64,000 nucleotides of DNA from Candidatus Hadarchaeota archaeon. Lineage in GTDB: Archaea; Hadarchaeota; Hadarchaeia; Hadarchaeales; Hadarchaeaceae. The stretch lies in NCBI GenBank assembly GCA_964514965.1, contig CAZETV010000002.1:37547-101546 (forward strand). Direction: 5' to 3'. Positions 20,119 through 30,088 of the stretch are shown piece by piece (the stretch's first letter is position 1; each line of letters starts with the position of its first letter). The translations under genes and the position numbers were made by a program. The notes under the pieces were generated by a model that saw only the letters and a list, made by a program, of their open reading frames with translations, was not told the DNA's origin and made no database searches.

Positions 20119-20712
20119 TCAAACCGATTCCATATTTGATATTTTCCATTTGTCCCCAACTTTGGTGAGGTATACGTTTCCGACGTATTCTGCGGTGTTG
20201 TTGTAAGCCTCAGCATTGCTAATGGTATCTTTCTCCCTGCAGTAGAGAGTAGCTTCTGTGTCAGTCTTAGATGTTGTTCTTAGCTCGAGTATTTCGATTT
20301 GATAAGTAAAGTTGGAGTACTCAGATTTTATCTGGTTGTAGCTGGCTTCTTGGATGCTGTTATAATAATCCATAATCTCTCCCGTGCACAATTCCCTCGC
20401 ATTAGCGAAGTCACCTTTCTCTATCGCGGCTGCGTAACTTCGCACAACATCTTCTGGGCCTGATTCGCCGAAGCGAAGGCCCCCCGTCAACGCAAGAACC
20501 GCTATCGCTAAGACGACACCGACGATTGCCACTACCACAACCACTGGCATCGTTCGTGACTTCCCAGTCTGAAGTTTAACTGGGGCTTTAGGCGCCTCAG
20601 CGGGTTTTCTCGCTGGCGCACGAGCCACTTTTGGCAAGGGGGCACCGCAGCTCTCGCAAAATTGAGCGTCATCACTATTTTTTGCCTCGCATTTTTCGCA
20701 ATACTTTGCCAT
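20119..20712 (-). CDS. zinc-ribbon membrane protein
   Basis: N-terminal CEKCEAKNSDDAQFCESCGAPL Zn-ribbon, a Pro/Ala-rich linker, one TM helix and a C-terminal globular domain. Confidence 0.4.
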   Translation of the reverse strand: MAKYCEKCEAKNSDDAQFCESCGAPLPKVARAPARKPAEAPKAPVKLQTGKSRTMPVVVVVAIVGVVLAIAVLALTGGLRFGESGPEDVVRSYAAAIEKGDFANARELCTGEIMDYYNSIQEASYNQIKSEYSNFTYQIEILELRTTSKTDTEATLYCREKDTISNAEAYNNTAEYVGNVYLTKVGDKWKISNMESV

Positions 20713-20716
20713 TTCT

Positions 20717-21508
20717 TCACTTCATTTTTTTTCCGCAGCTGGAACAAAATACCGCGCCGAGCGATACACGTGCGCCACAGTATGGGCAAAATCTCGCTCC
20801 TGCTGGTGCTGAAGCAGCGCCAGTTTTTTTAACCAGCGTGCGCCCAAAGAACGCTTCGCTAACCACATTTCCTTTGATCATGCTCGGGTCTTCCGGGAGT
20901 ACTTTATTGAGCCAGTACAGACAGGATATTGCTATCAAGTCTATCAAAATCATTACCACTGTTCCTGCGTCGCCATTTATGAAAGCGAGAGCAGCGTTAG
21001 AAAGTCCATGAAGAACCATTGCTAGGACTAGGAAGGATAAGAACTCTATCTTCAATGCGTTTGAAAGGAACCCTCCAGCCGCCGTTCTAAGTGAGCTACG
21101 GTCAAAGCTCCGAACTGCGATAACAGCTATTCCTATCCCGACTATTCCAGATAGAACCATGTGCCCAAAAATCGTCCACACTCTCATGAAAACGTTGGCG
21201 CCTTGTATGACGTAGATAACACTTTCCAGAAATCCAAATCCAAGACCGCCCATCGCTCCGAGAATTATCCCTCTACTTTTTCTCTTCAGGACAATTGGGA
21301 ACATCATGGCTAAGTAAATCACTCCGAGCACCTTAGTCGGTTCCTCAACTATCGGTGCAATTATTGTCGAGACTACCCCGGGAGCCGCCCCCGTACCTTT
21401 TGCGAGAAGTGTGTTTAATGGCAGCGCAATGATGAAGGCCATTATTATGCCGCCGAAGATAGCAAAAAGTTCTGGCACCAATGGGCCGAGTTCTCGACCT
21501 TTAGGCAT
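20717..21508 (-). CDS. PrsW-family intramembrane metalloprotease with C-terminal zinc ribbon
   Basis: Polytopic, with EEPTK (EExxK) and an FGHMVLSG-type motif. C-terminus has CPYCGARVSLGAVFCSSCG. Confidence 0.6.
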   Translation of the reverse strand: MPKGRELGPLVPELFAIFGGIIMAFIIALPLNTLLAKGTGAAPGVVSTIIAPIVEEPTKVLGVIYLAMMFPIVLKRKSRGIILGAMGGLGFGFLESVIYVIQGANVFMRVWTIFGHMVLSGIVGIGIAVIAVRSFDRSSLRTAAGGFLSNALKIEFLSFLVLAMVLHGLSNAALAFINGDAGTVVMILIDLIAISCLYWLNKVLPEDPSMIKGNVVSEAFFGRTLVKKTGAASAPAGARFCPYCGARVSLGAVFCSSCGKKMK

Positions 21509-21655
21509 TTTTCACCTCTGGCTATAGTACTTTTTTCGGATTTTTAACTCTTTGGTTGGAGGGTAAAGAACTAAAAATAACAACATTTTTTTCATGATTT
21601 AGTTCAAGTTGAAACTTCAAAAAATCCTTAAGTCAGAAACCCGTTAAAATCGTTC

Positions 21656-22681
21656 ATGCGCGTTGCGATGTACTACGGCAACAAGAATGTGCGTTTAGAA
21701 GAGCTACCAAAACCAAAGATAGCCCCTGGAGAATTGTTATTAAAAGTAATGGCAAGCGGCATCTGTGGCAGCGATGTGCTGGAATGGTATCGCATCAAAA
21801 AAGCTCCCCTGGTGCTGGGTCACGAAGCCACTGGTGAGATAGTTGAAGTCGGGGATGGAGTAAAACGTTACAAAATAGGCGATCGAGTCTTTGTTTCTCA
21901 TCACGTTCCATGCGGCACATGTCGTTACTGCTTGGGTGGCCACCACACCGCCTGTGAAACCTTACACAAAACGAATTATGACCCGGGTGGGTTTGCCGAG
22001 TACATACGTGTGCCAAGCATAAACGTAGAACGCGGTATTTACCTCTTGCCCGAGAATTTATCGTTCGAAGACGGGACTTTTATCGAGCCGTTAGGATGTG
22101 TTGTGCGCGGGCAAAGGTTAGCGCGCATTCAAAAGGGCAATACAGTACTCATCCTTGGAAGTGGTATTTCTGGACTACTCCATCTGCAACTTGCCGGCGC
22201 GCGTGGAGCAGAGCGGATAATTGCGACAGACATAAATGAATATCGTTTGAATGCCGCAAAAAAATTTGGAGCAGATGCTGTGATAAACGCCAAAGACGAT
22301 GTACCCGCAAGGCTGCGCCAACTTAACGAAGGTAGGCTTGCAGATCGAGTGATAGTTTGCGCGGGAGCCAAATCAGCGAGTAAACAAGCATTAGAATGTG
22401 TGAATCGTGGAGGCACTGTTCTATTCTTTGCGGTGCCGGAGCCGGGTGTTGACATTTCTGTTCCGATTACCGACTTCTGGCGTGACGAGGTAACACTAAT
22501 GACTTCATACGGCGCGGGGCCCGGGGATATCAAAGACGCACTGAAACTGATTAGCGAGCATAAGGCGAATATTCACGAGATGATCACCCACCGGTTAAGT
22601 TTGGGTGAAGCGGGTCTGGGCTTCAAGCTTGTCGCCGACGCGGGAGAATCTCTGAAAGTGATCATCGAGCCGCAGAGATGA
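21656..22681 (+). CDS. zinc-dependent alcohol/threonine dehydrogenase family (MDR)
   Basis: GICGSDV..GHEATGEIVEVGDGV catalytic-Zn motif, a structural-Zn Cys cluster (CGTCRYC) and an LGSGISGLL Rossmann. Confidence 0.85.
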   Translation: MRVAMYYGNKNVRLEELPKPKIAPGELLLKVMASGICGSDVLEWYRIKKAPLVLGHEATGEIVEVGDGVKRYKIGDRVFVSHHVPCGTCRYCLGGHHTACETLHKTNYDPGGFAEYIRVPSINVERGIYLLPENLSFEDGTFIEPLGCVVRGQRLARIQKGNTVLILGSGISGLLHLQLAGARGAERIIATDINEYRLNAAKKFGADAVINAKDDVPARLRQLNEGRLADRVIVCAGAKSASKQALECVNRGGTVLFFAVPEPGVDISVPITDFWRDEVTLMTSYGAGPGDIKDALKLISEHKANIHEMITHRLSLGEAGLGFKLVADAGESLKVIIEPQR

Positions 22682-23444
22682 TATCGCCCAAGGACTTGCA
22701 AACATAGCTGAAATCTGCGCTGGGGTCAAGACCGGGCTTGTATTCTAGGCACGTTAGCCCTTTGAATTTCTCCCGAATAATTTTCAGAACTGGGGCAAAG
22801 TTTATGGACCCCTGTCCTAGAGGTCTCGAGTTGGTATCACGTAGCTGAAGTTCTGATATTTTCACGAGGTATTCATTTACAACTCCTACGACATCTTCCC
22901 CATTGCTGTGAATGTGCATGGTATCTGCCATCAGTCGTACGTGCTCCGAACCCACATCTTGAACTAGCCGATAGATTTCAGACACGCTTGGGAGAAAAGT
23001 GGTCCTCTCCCTGCCTAATGGTTCGATGGAGGTCAGGATGTTAAATTCCTCGCTGAGCTTGCCAAAATGTTTGAATAGTTCAACGCATCTTTCCCTCGGA
23101 TTTTCGATTCTCGGTTCTTCGTAGGTGATGGTGGTCACAACATTCTGTGCCCCAACTTTAGAGGCTATTTTTATTGTTTCTTCCACATGGCGTATAGCGA
23201 GTTTCTGATCCTTTTCTTTCGCACTTAGCATTCGTAGGTCATGTAGCAGAAATGCTTGGACAGACATGATGGGAGTTTTAAAATTCGGCAATATTTCTAA
23301 AACACTCTTTAATCGCTTTTCATCAAAACCGTCGTTGACCAATTCCAACCACATTTTACGCGATTCTAATATTCTCAATTTATCTTCTAATGTGTCTCCA
23401 GGAACCACGAATTCAACACATCCCCAAGTCACACGTCTCACCAT
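22662..23444 (-). CDS. sugar phosphate isomerase/epimerase (xylose-isomerase-like TIM barrel)
   Basis: Length and conserved acidic/His residues fit an AP-endo2/TIM barrel. Specific function unknown. Confidence 0.6.
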   Translation of the reverse strand: MVRRVTWGCVEFVVPGDTLEDKLRILESRKMWLELVNDGFDEKRLKSVLEILPNFKTPIMSVQAFLLHDLRMLSAKEKDQKLAIRHVEETIKIASKVGAQNVVTTITYEEPRIENPRERCVELFKHFGKLSEEFNILTSIEPLGRERTTFLPSVSEIYRLVQDVGSEHVRLMADTMHIHSNGEDVVGVVNEYLVKISELQLRDTNSRPLGQGSINFAPVLKIIREKFKGLTCLEYKPGLDPSADFSYVCKSLGDIISAAR

Positions 23445-23520
23445 TACGAATAGTGTGCCTAAGTTATAATTTGGTTAAAATTTATAAGTAGATTGATAAT
23501 TTTCAGGGGGGTAAGTCAAG

Positions 23521-24189
23521 ATGGTTCTTAAAATAAGCAAGGGTCTGGTGGAGCGCTTCCCCGGGCTGCAAGTTTTGGTTGTGCATGTTAACGGGGCAAG
23601 GGTTGAAAAAGAAAAAGTCGAGTTGCAGCAGTTCAAAGAAGAGGTAGTTGAAGAGATGAAGCAGACATACGACCTTGCAACGGTAAAAGATGTTCCAATT
23701 TTCAGGGCGTACAGGGACTTCTTTTGGCGCATCGGCATCGACCCAACGAAAAACAGACCCGCAGCTGAGGCGCTCATCCGAAGAGTTCTGGCCGGAAAGC
23801 CGTTACCCAACATAAACACGCTCGTTGATGCGTATAATTTAGCCTCGATCAAAACATGCATCGCGATAGGCGCATTTGACGCGAGCCGCATCCGTGGGAA
23901 CCTTGCGCTACGGCTGGCGCGCAAGGGTGAGGAATTTACAGGTATAGGTATGGAAAAACCAATGGTGCTTGATGGCAAAGAAGCGGTAGTGTCAGATTCA
24001 GAGAAGTTAATCGCGGTCTACCCATATCGAGATGCCGATGATACAAAGGTGACCTTATTGACGAGAGACGTTCTTCTGCTCATCTGTGGGGCTCCGAGGA
24101 TATATGAAGAGGTACTGAAAAACGCTGGGCGAACCACAGTCGGCTATATAACAAGATTTTGTGGTGGTGAAGGGGGAACTGAAACTTGA
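23521..24189 (+). CDS. B3/4 (tRNA-binding, PheT-like) domain protein
   Basis: Domain pattern resembles the B3/B4 domain. A paralog sits at 55095-55757; their C-termini are RFCGGEGG and KFCGGHVE. Confidence 0.55.
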   Translation: [222 protein letters not shown]

Positions 24190-24932
24190 AGCGAGATTTC
24201 AAGGCGGTGCTATTCGATTTAGATGAAACTCTCACAGATTCGTCCACTGGCTTGGACGCAACACATCGCGCGGTGGCGAAGAGTTTGCACAATTACCTCC
24301 GTCAACACGGGATCGAGGTGAACGAAACCACCCTGCGTTCGAAGCTCAACATATTCGACGACAAAATGAATATCGAAACGAAATACGACAGGGACGAGTG
24401 GTGGCCAGAGCTACTCGCCGAACTCGGGTTGAAGCAAGAGGTGCCCCGCCAGATAGCAGAGGAGATGACGCGACTTTACTGGACCACATATTCCAACGCG
24501 GATACTCCTTACGCAGATGCGGAACCGACTTTGAGTTATCTAAAGCAAAAAGGTTACAAACTGGGCCTCATCACGGACACGGATGGAAAGCCGGGGATTA
24601 AGAGTGAACGAATAAAACATTTCAGTTTCATCGGGCTTTTCGATGTGGTGGTCATTAGTGGTGAAGACACCTCTGAAACGAAGACTAGCCCGGAGCCATT
24701 TTTATTTGCCGCGTCAAAGCTGGGTTTGCCCGCGAGCAAATGCGTTTTTGTCGGAGATAAGCCTTTCACCGACATCAAAGGCGCAAAAGCTGCTGGCATG
24801 TGGACTATTTTAGTGAATCGAAGGGATTGGGGCATAGGCGAGCGAGCAGATTTCATCGTCAATTCTTTGGCTGAAATTCCCCGTATACTAGATGCAAATA
24901 GAAAATTTTATAACAAAAACATGCCACCTTGA
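24186..24932 (+). CDS. HAD-superfamily hydrolase
   Basis: Motif I LFDLDETLTDS, a conserved T/S motif II and motif IV GDKPFTDIKGA. Confidence 0.8.
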   Translation: MKRDFKAVLFDLDETLTDSSTGLDATHRAVAKSLHNYLRQHGIEVNETTLRSKLNIFDDKMNIETKYDRDEWWPELLAELGLKQEVPRQIAEEMTRLYWTTYSNADTPYADAEPTLSYLKQKGYKLGLITDTDGKPGIKSERIKHFSFIGLFDVVVISGEDTSETKTSPEPFLFAASKLGLPASKCVFVGDKPFTDIKGAKAAGMWTILVNRRDWGIGERADFIVNSLAEIPRILDANRKFYNKNMPP

Positions 24933-24935
24933 ATC

Positions 24936-26024
24936 ATGCACAAAAAAATTTTGAGATATCCGACCGAGCCTCTTGAGGTCTGGCCGGAACGAAAAGTCAG
25001 CGAACTAACAAAAGGGATGTTGGAAACAGGATTTCAGGGAAAAAAGTTGGCCGAGACGGTTGAAGTCTGGGCTGGAATGCTTCGGAAGAAAAATGTTGTG
25101 ATCTGGCTCGGTTTGTCGGGAGCTATGGTTCCCGCAGGAATGAGACGGCTTGTATCTTACTTAATCAAGCGGCGCATGGTCGATGCCGTGGTCAGCACCG
25201 GAGCAAATCTCTATCACGATGCCTACGAAGCCAAGGGAAAGAAACACTATGTCGGTACCCACCTGATTGACGATGTGAAGTTAAGGAGATACAAAGTGGA
25301 TAGAATTTACGACATCTTCGCGGACGAAGATGGATTTTACAAGTTCGATAATTGGGTAGAGAAGAGTTTTGCATATGGCTTGAAAGATAACTACCCTTAC
25401 TCCTCCCGTGAACTCATGTTTCTTCTCGGAAAAACCTTGAGTAAAGTTGGTAGAGAAAAGGACTCAATTTTGGTGAGTGCGTATCGTAAGGGGGTCCCAA
25501 TATTTTCCCCGGCCCTGAACGATAGCGCCCTCGGTTTTTCGATAATGTTCGCCAATCGAAGAGGCCGTAGGGTGAAGACGGGGAAGACTGCCCGCTACCT
25601 CCGCAAAAAAATATTGATTGACGCGCTCAAAGATGTAGAGGAGAGCTCCCGCATCACTGAAAAAGCAAAACTAACTGGCGTGGTCTATCTTGGGGGCGGA
25701 ACACCCAAGAATTTCATCCAGCAGACGGCGGTCATAGCCAGCTATCAGACCCGTCATGACCGTAGCCACAACTACGCAATCCAGATAACGACGGACTCTC
25801 CACATTGGGGCGGACTATCGGGTTGCACTTTCGAAGAAGCGCAATCTTGGGGGAAGGTAAATCAGCATGCGGGAAAGGTAATGTGTTTTTCGGACGTGAC
25901 GATCGCCTTGCCGATCATCGTACATGCGCTCAGCGAGAAGTTCAAGCGGTTGACGAGGGAAGTGCCGGTTTTCAATTGGAACAAAGATGGCGTGGACATA
26001 ACTTACGAGAAAATGAGGCTGTAA
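24936..26024 (+). CDS. dys: deoxyhypusine synthase
   Basis: About 360 aa with an NAD-binding Gly-rich segment (VVSTGANLYHD) and DHS family length and pattern. Confidence 0.7.
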   Translation: MHKKILRYPTEPLEVWPERKVSELTKGMLETGFQGKKLAETVEVWAGMLRKKNVVIWLGLSGAMVPAGMRRLVSYLIKRRMVDAVVSTGANLYHDAYEAKGKKHYVGTHLIDDVKLRRYKVDRIYDIFADEDGFYKFDNWVEKSFAYGLKDNYPYSSRELMFLLGKTLSKVGREKDSILVSAYRKGVPIFSPALNDSALGFSIMFANRRGRRVKTGKTARYLRKKILIDALKDVEESSRITEKAKLTGVVYLGGGTPKNFIQQTAVIASYQTRHDRSHNYAIQITTDSPHWGGLSGCTFEEAQSWGKVNQHAGKVMCFSDVTIALPIIVHALSEKFKRLTREVPVFNWNKDGVDITYEKMRL

Positions 26025-26160
26025 CATAAACTGAAAACCATAAGTATTTCTATTTTTACTTATGCTGGATGTCTAAAAGGAATTAGGCTATATTTATGTA
26101 AAAGCCAAAGTAGACCAGAATCTTTAAGAACTACATGGAAACTATTTTTAAATGAAAGTT

Positions 26161-26295
26161 TTATGGCTAAGAAAAAGAAAGGCGTTGCCGAAAAAAGCGG
26201 CGAAGTTGCAGGCAAGGGTATGCAAAAAGGCTGGAGCATTGCTAAAGGTTTTGGGAAAGGGTTAAAGAAAGGCTTAAAGAAAAAGAAAAAATAAA
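26161..26295 (+). CDS. possible small Lys-rich basic peptide (44 aa)
   Basis: ATG ORF MAKKKKGVAEKSGEVAGKGMQKGWSIAKGFGKGLKKGLKKKKK. It falls below the ORF-track cutoff and is opposite an implausible low-complexity antisense ORF. Confidence 0.2.
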
Positions 26296-26353
26296 AACCG
26301 CTCGGCAAGTCAAATAAGCGTCGGGAAGCATTCGCAAATTAGACCTTTTGCCA

Positions 26354-26881
26354 TCAATGGAGCCCATATCCTCCGGTTATCGGGTCCTGAAAAATCGGCA
26401 AGTGAAGCGGATAAAAAGTGAAAATTACGAATAACACGGCTAAAAGAATTAAAGCGACCAGGAAAATTTTACCCCACGTTTTAGGAAATTTTTTTGAAAT
26501 CAACAACTTATAACTCACAAATTGGCCTATTACGACGGCGATGACGAAAGTAAGAATATCAATTGCAAACACACTTTCCCCGAGAATGGCCGTGTAAGAA
26601 TAGAAGAGAACTGCTATGATTGTCGGCATTAAATAGATGCCAACCCCTTTCGCAAATAAAAAGTTCTGATTTGCTTTCAAGGGTCTGTATTCTATAATGG
26701 CGAAAAACAATGCCGGCCAAAAAGCCAGTTTCAGATGCTCCCACACGCTTTCGTTTACAGACGAAAATATCCCGACAACTGCCTGATGGTCTGACAACTC
26801 GAAAGTGAAATGTAGCAAACTCCCTAAGATTATTATAAAAACTATTCCCGCCAACTCATAGACTAAAACAATCCTTTTCAT
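26354..26881 (-). CDS. membrane protein (5 TM), hypothetical
   Basis: Hydrophobic profile only. Confidence 0.4.
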   Translation of the reverse strand: MKRIVLVYELAGIVFIIILGSLLHFTFELSDHQAVVGIFSSVNESVWEHLKLAFWPALFFAIIEYRPLKANQNFLFAKGVGIYLMPTIIAVLFYSYTAILGESVFAIDILTFVIAVVIGQFVSYKLLISKKFPKTWGKIFLVALILLAVLFVIFTFYPLHLPIFQDPITGGYGLH

Positions 26882-27007
26882 GATTAAACTCTCGAAATAT
26901 GCTCCAGATTATTATATGCTTTCCAAGTAATTTAAATTTTGCAATAGAAGCACCGGAGAAAGTTCCCAACAAACAGCTCTTTGGCCGCACCAATTTGGGC
27001 CACGGCT

Positions 27008-27814
27008 TTACCGTCTTCGAAAAGCTGAGAGTATCCAAAAGAACAGTAAAATAGTGAAGAAAGACGACCCCCCGAAAAACACTCCGCCTCCATCGCTCGG
27101 AGCCGACGCCTTGGACTCACCCGCTGCGTGGACGTTTTCATAGTCAATCTCGTACACGGCGAGGTCGGAACGCATCAACTTGGAAGGAGTCCACCCGAGC
27201 GGGTTCGTCCGCCCCGTGGCCTCGGCCCATATCCAGCCGCTCTTGCCATCAAGGCTCCAGTAGGCGTTCGCGCCTGGGTAGTCAGGCAGGTAAACGAGCG
27301 CTGCGGCGTGTTCTGGGGCAAGCACCACGGCCGATTGGAGACCAGCTGCTTTGAACATCACCGCAAGTAGGACAGCATAGTCCTCGCAATCGCCGCGGGA
27401 AGAGCCAGCTGATTCGATGTCCTTGGCCATCTCGTCGGCGTTAATTGCAAAATCATCGTAGCCGAACTGAACCGCGTCAGAGGTGTAGGTCACATTGTCT
27501 CGAGCATAGGTGAAGATTCGCTCTGCAAGCTCGTTTTTATCCGAGTACTCATTTTTAAACCTCTCGCCGACCGCCCATGCAATGTCTGTAAGCTGGAGGT
27601 TCTCTCCTATGCTCTCGAACGCGATTGCCGGACGGAAAGTCGAATCGGTGACTTGAAAGAACCCATTATCCCCCCAGCTCCTGGTCCGGCAGATGTTCCA
27701 GTTGTCATACACCTCCCCGTTTCTCTCGGAGTAGCTCGACGGATTTGCGAAGCAAGAACCTGCTGAGGCAAGCAATGTTAGCATCAGGAGCCCGACCAAT
27801 GCGAGCTTTTTCAT
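27008..27814 (-). CDS. secreted transglutaminase-like cysteine protease-fold protein with C-terminal membrane anchor
   Basis: Signal peptide, then GDCEDYAVLLAVMFKAAG (the transglutaminase-core Cys motif), a Gly-rich linker and a C-terminal TM helix with RRR. Confidence 0.55.
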   Translation of the reverse strand: MKKLALVGLLMLTLLASAGSCFANPSSYSERNGEVYDNWNICRTRSWGDNGFFQVTDSTFRPAIAFESIGENLQLTDIAWAVGERFKNEYSDKNELAERIFTYARDNVTYTSDAVQFGYDDFAINADEMAKDIESAGSSRGDCEDYAVLLAVMFKAAGLQSAVVLAPEHAAALVYLPDYPGANAYWSLDGKSGWIWAEATGRTNPLGWTPSKLMRSDLAVYEIDYENVHAAGESKASAPSDGGGVFFGGSSFFTILLFFWILSAFRRR

Positions 27815-27822
27815 TAGAACAC

Positions 27823-28296
27823 CTAGATGGCGGCTGCGAAAGCGGCGTGGGTGATGAGCCCTAGGAAGACGAAGTAGCCGAGGACGTAGAGCCCGGTCCC
27901 CAAGGAGCTTTCGCGAAGGCGGCTGAAGGGTATCTTGGGAGTCAGCCGGTCGAGAAGGTTGAACATCCCGACGGCGAGGAGCAGGCTAATGGCGAAGGCG
28001 ACGATAATCAACCCGAGCCTCCGCATGATCAAGTCCAAGTCAAACGACCCTCCGGGAAGTGTGGTCACGGCGCCGTGAATCACCAGCCCGATGTAGACGA
28101 GGAAGCCCGAGATGAACATGCCCACCGAGCGCGGGTCCTTCCCCATCAACTCCCGCTCGTGGATTCGCGGGGTCAGGGCATCGAGCACCCGCAGGCCCAG
28201 CCACCCCAGGAAAAAGCATATCAGCGTGAAGAAGACTACCTTGACGACCCAATACGCCACGAGTTCCCAGAATTCCACTCCAACACCAACCTTCAT
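27823..28296 (-). CDS. membrane protein with two DUF350-like repeats
   Basis: Duplicated pattern L.L.DALTP.I.E..L. Confidence 0.4.
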   Translation of the reverse strand: MKVGVGVEFWELVAYWVVKVVFFTLICFFLGWLGLRVLDALTPRIHERELMGKDPRSVGMFISGFLVYIGLVIHGAVTTLPGGSFDLDLIMRRLGLIIVAFAISLLLAVGMFNLLDRLTPKIPFSRLRESSLGTGLYVLGYFVFLGLITHAAFAAAI

Positions 28297-28352
28297 TACG
28301 TGGGAAGCAATAAAAGTGTGCTAGCTGCTCGGGCAACTTTAACCGTCAAGAC

Positions 28353-28607
28353 CTACTCGATAAGTTTTACGCTCTTGAGCTTTGAAACCACTTCGGAGAC
28401 CAAGGGTTTGACGCGCTCTTTCTCGGTCTTGGCCTTTGAGGCAATTTCATCTATGACTTCTTCCTCGCTTTTACCATCACAGAGTTGCCATACGGCAGCG
28501 GCAATCTCGTCGACGCGAAATCCCTGATTTTTCTCATTGACGAGCGCTATTTCACCCTTCTCGGTCCGAACAGCGTTGCCCTTGCGCTTCAACTTTTCTT
28601 TTTCCAT
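28353..28607 (-). CDS. PqqD-family (RRE-like peptide chaperone) protein
   Basis: ...ALVNEKNQGFRVDEIAAAVWQLCDGKSEEEVIDEI... matches the PqqD pattern. Confidence 0.55.
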   Translation of the reverse strand: MEKEKLKRKGNAVRTEKGEIALVNEKNQGFRVDEIAAAVWQLCDGKSEEEVIDEIASKAKTEKERVKPLVSEVVSKLKSVKLIE

Positions 28608-28730
28608 TTTTACCCAACCGTGTGGGAGAAACGTCTAAGCGAACGCTTAAAAACGTTTGGGGTGCTCCGCAACGGCTTTTATCCCCGCTTCTAAAGTCCC
28701 TCGCGATGGTCTAAGAATTCAGGTGCCAAC

Positions 28731-29189
28731 ATGATTGTCCTGTTCTGCGGCCCTCCTGCGTCCGGCAAATCGGCGATAGCTAAGAGGCTCGTGAAGGAGC
28801 TGGAGGACTGGAAGCTTATCGTTTCTGACGAGTTCAAGAGAAAAACCTACAAGCACATGTTTGTTGAAACTGAAAGGTGGACGGGCAGGGTCAGATATCT
28901 AATCTTGGACGGAACTTTCTACATGAAAGAGTGGAGAGACAGAATCAGAGAGATTGCTCAGAAGAGGGAGGAGGAAATTTTCACAGTTTATGTTACCTGT
29001 TCTTTAGAGACTTGCTTGGAAAGAAACAGACTGAGAAAAGAGCAAATAGAGGAAAAGGCCGTCAACATTATTTACAACCAGATCGAGAAACCCGAAAAAT
29101 CAGGTTTATCCCTCGACACGGACGTTTTGAGTGTCGATGAAGCCGTAAGAATGTTGATGATTGCACTATCCCCCTGCCGTGTTTCTTAA
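28731..29189 (+). CDS. P-loop kinase (KTI12/PSTK/AAA_33-like)
   Basis: CGPPASGKSAIAKRL Walker A, DGTFY Walker B-like, 152 aa. Confidence 0.55.
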   Translation: MIVLFCGPPASGKSAIAKRLVKELEDWKLIVSDEFKRKTYKHMFVETERWTGRVRYLILDGTFYMKEWRDRIREIAQKREEEIFTVYVTCSLETCLERNRLRKEQIEEKAVNIIYNQIEKPEKSGLSLDTDVLSVDEAVRMLMIALSPCRVS

Positions 29190-29277
29190 CTTGCGCAACG
29201 GGTTCTCCCCATCTGAATTAGGCAAGAATCGGAGTGTAGATAATGGAGTAACTCAAGCAGGTTTTCCTTTTAGATGA

Positions 29278-29463
29278 TTAACGCCGAAAAAGCTTCAGCT
29301 CCCCCACGGAGGTTTCGAAAGTCCCGCATTTCTGGCATTGCAGCTCAGCCCGTCCCCCCTCTATTCCTACGGTATGCGCAGGCTTACCACAGTAGGGGCA
29401 ACGCACGGGCCCGTGAAGCAGTTTTGAAATTCTCATTGCAACCCGGACAGACTTAGAACTCAT
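29278..29463 (-). CDS. zinc-ribbon protein (CPYCG...CQKCG)
   Basis: 61 aa with two CxxC pairs. Confidence 0.4.
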   Translation of the reverse strand: MSSKSVRVAMRISKLLHGPVRCPYCGKPAHTVGIEGGRAELQCQKCGTFETSVGELKLFRR

Positions 29464-29656
29464 ACTCTACACCTTGAACCAAAAAACACACTGTTGTTAC
29501 AACTTTATAAATGACACGTTTAACACGTTTTTCTTAAAACCTTAATTTCGTCACACTATCAATGCTGGCTATCGTGAAAACCAAAATTAATAAATGTTGC
29601 TCATGGACTTACCGAACAATGGGAAAGCCGAAGATTTTCTTAAGGATAGCCGAACT

Positions 29657-30088
29657 TTACTTCTCCGCCTCTTCCTCAAGCGCCCCCGTATGGAGTGTTT
29701 CCCATTCTACTTTTCCTTGTTCGACCACGCGCTTGAGCTTTCGTTCGACCGGGCTCAGAGCTGCAGTTTTACCGGTCTTGACATCGAGAAATATGATTCT
29801 TCTTGGCTCCCCCTCCTTGTAGCCATCGAACACCAAATAGTCCACAGGCGAACCTATGAACCGCGCATCAGCCGGCTCGTGTTTGAACATCGGCAGCAAG
29901 GGAGCAAGTTGTTCACCAATCCTGCCTTTAAGCACCGCCCGGCTTCGCTCGAGCACCTCTCGCCTGATCCTTTCTTCGAACTCGGCTTTCCATCGTTCGA
30001 ACTGCACAGCCAGCCGCCCTCGGAGATATGTGTAGGCTAAAAAGATGCCGATCAAAAGTCCGATGACGAAAACGACTATCTCGATCAT
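29657..30088 (-). CDS. membrane-anchored PD-(D/E)xK nuclease related to archaeal Holliday-junction resolvase (COG4741-like)
   Basis: N-terminal TM helix, then VDYLVFDG ... IIFLDVKTGK (D...D/E-x-K) and a conserved Glu. Confidence 0.5.
   Translation of the reverse strand: MIEIVVFVIGLLIGIFLAYTYLRGRLAVQFERWKAEFEERIRREVLERSRAVLKGRIGEQLAPLLPMFKHEPADARFIGSPVDYLVFDGYKEGEPRRIIFLDVKTGKTAALSPVERKLKRVVEQGKVEWETLHTGALEEEAEK

Noticed and set aside
26060-26308. 82-aa minus-strand ORF (Phe/Pro-rich)
   Set aside because: Low-complexity antisense of an A-rich segment. The plus-strand Lys-rich small ORF is the more plausible coding frame, if any.
27008-28607. Lasso-peptide biosynthetic cluster
   Set aside because: No asparagine-synthetase-like cyclase and no precursor peptide are evident. 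The transglutaminase-like protein is secreted and anchored rather than cytoplasmic B2-like.
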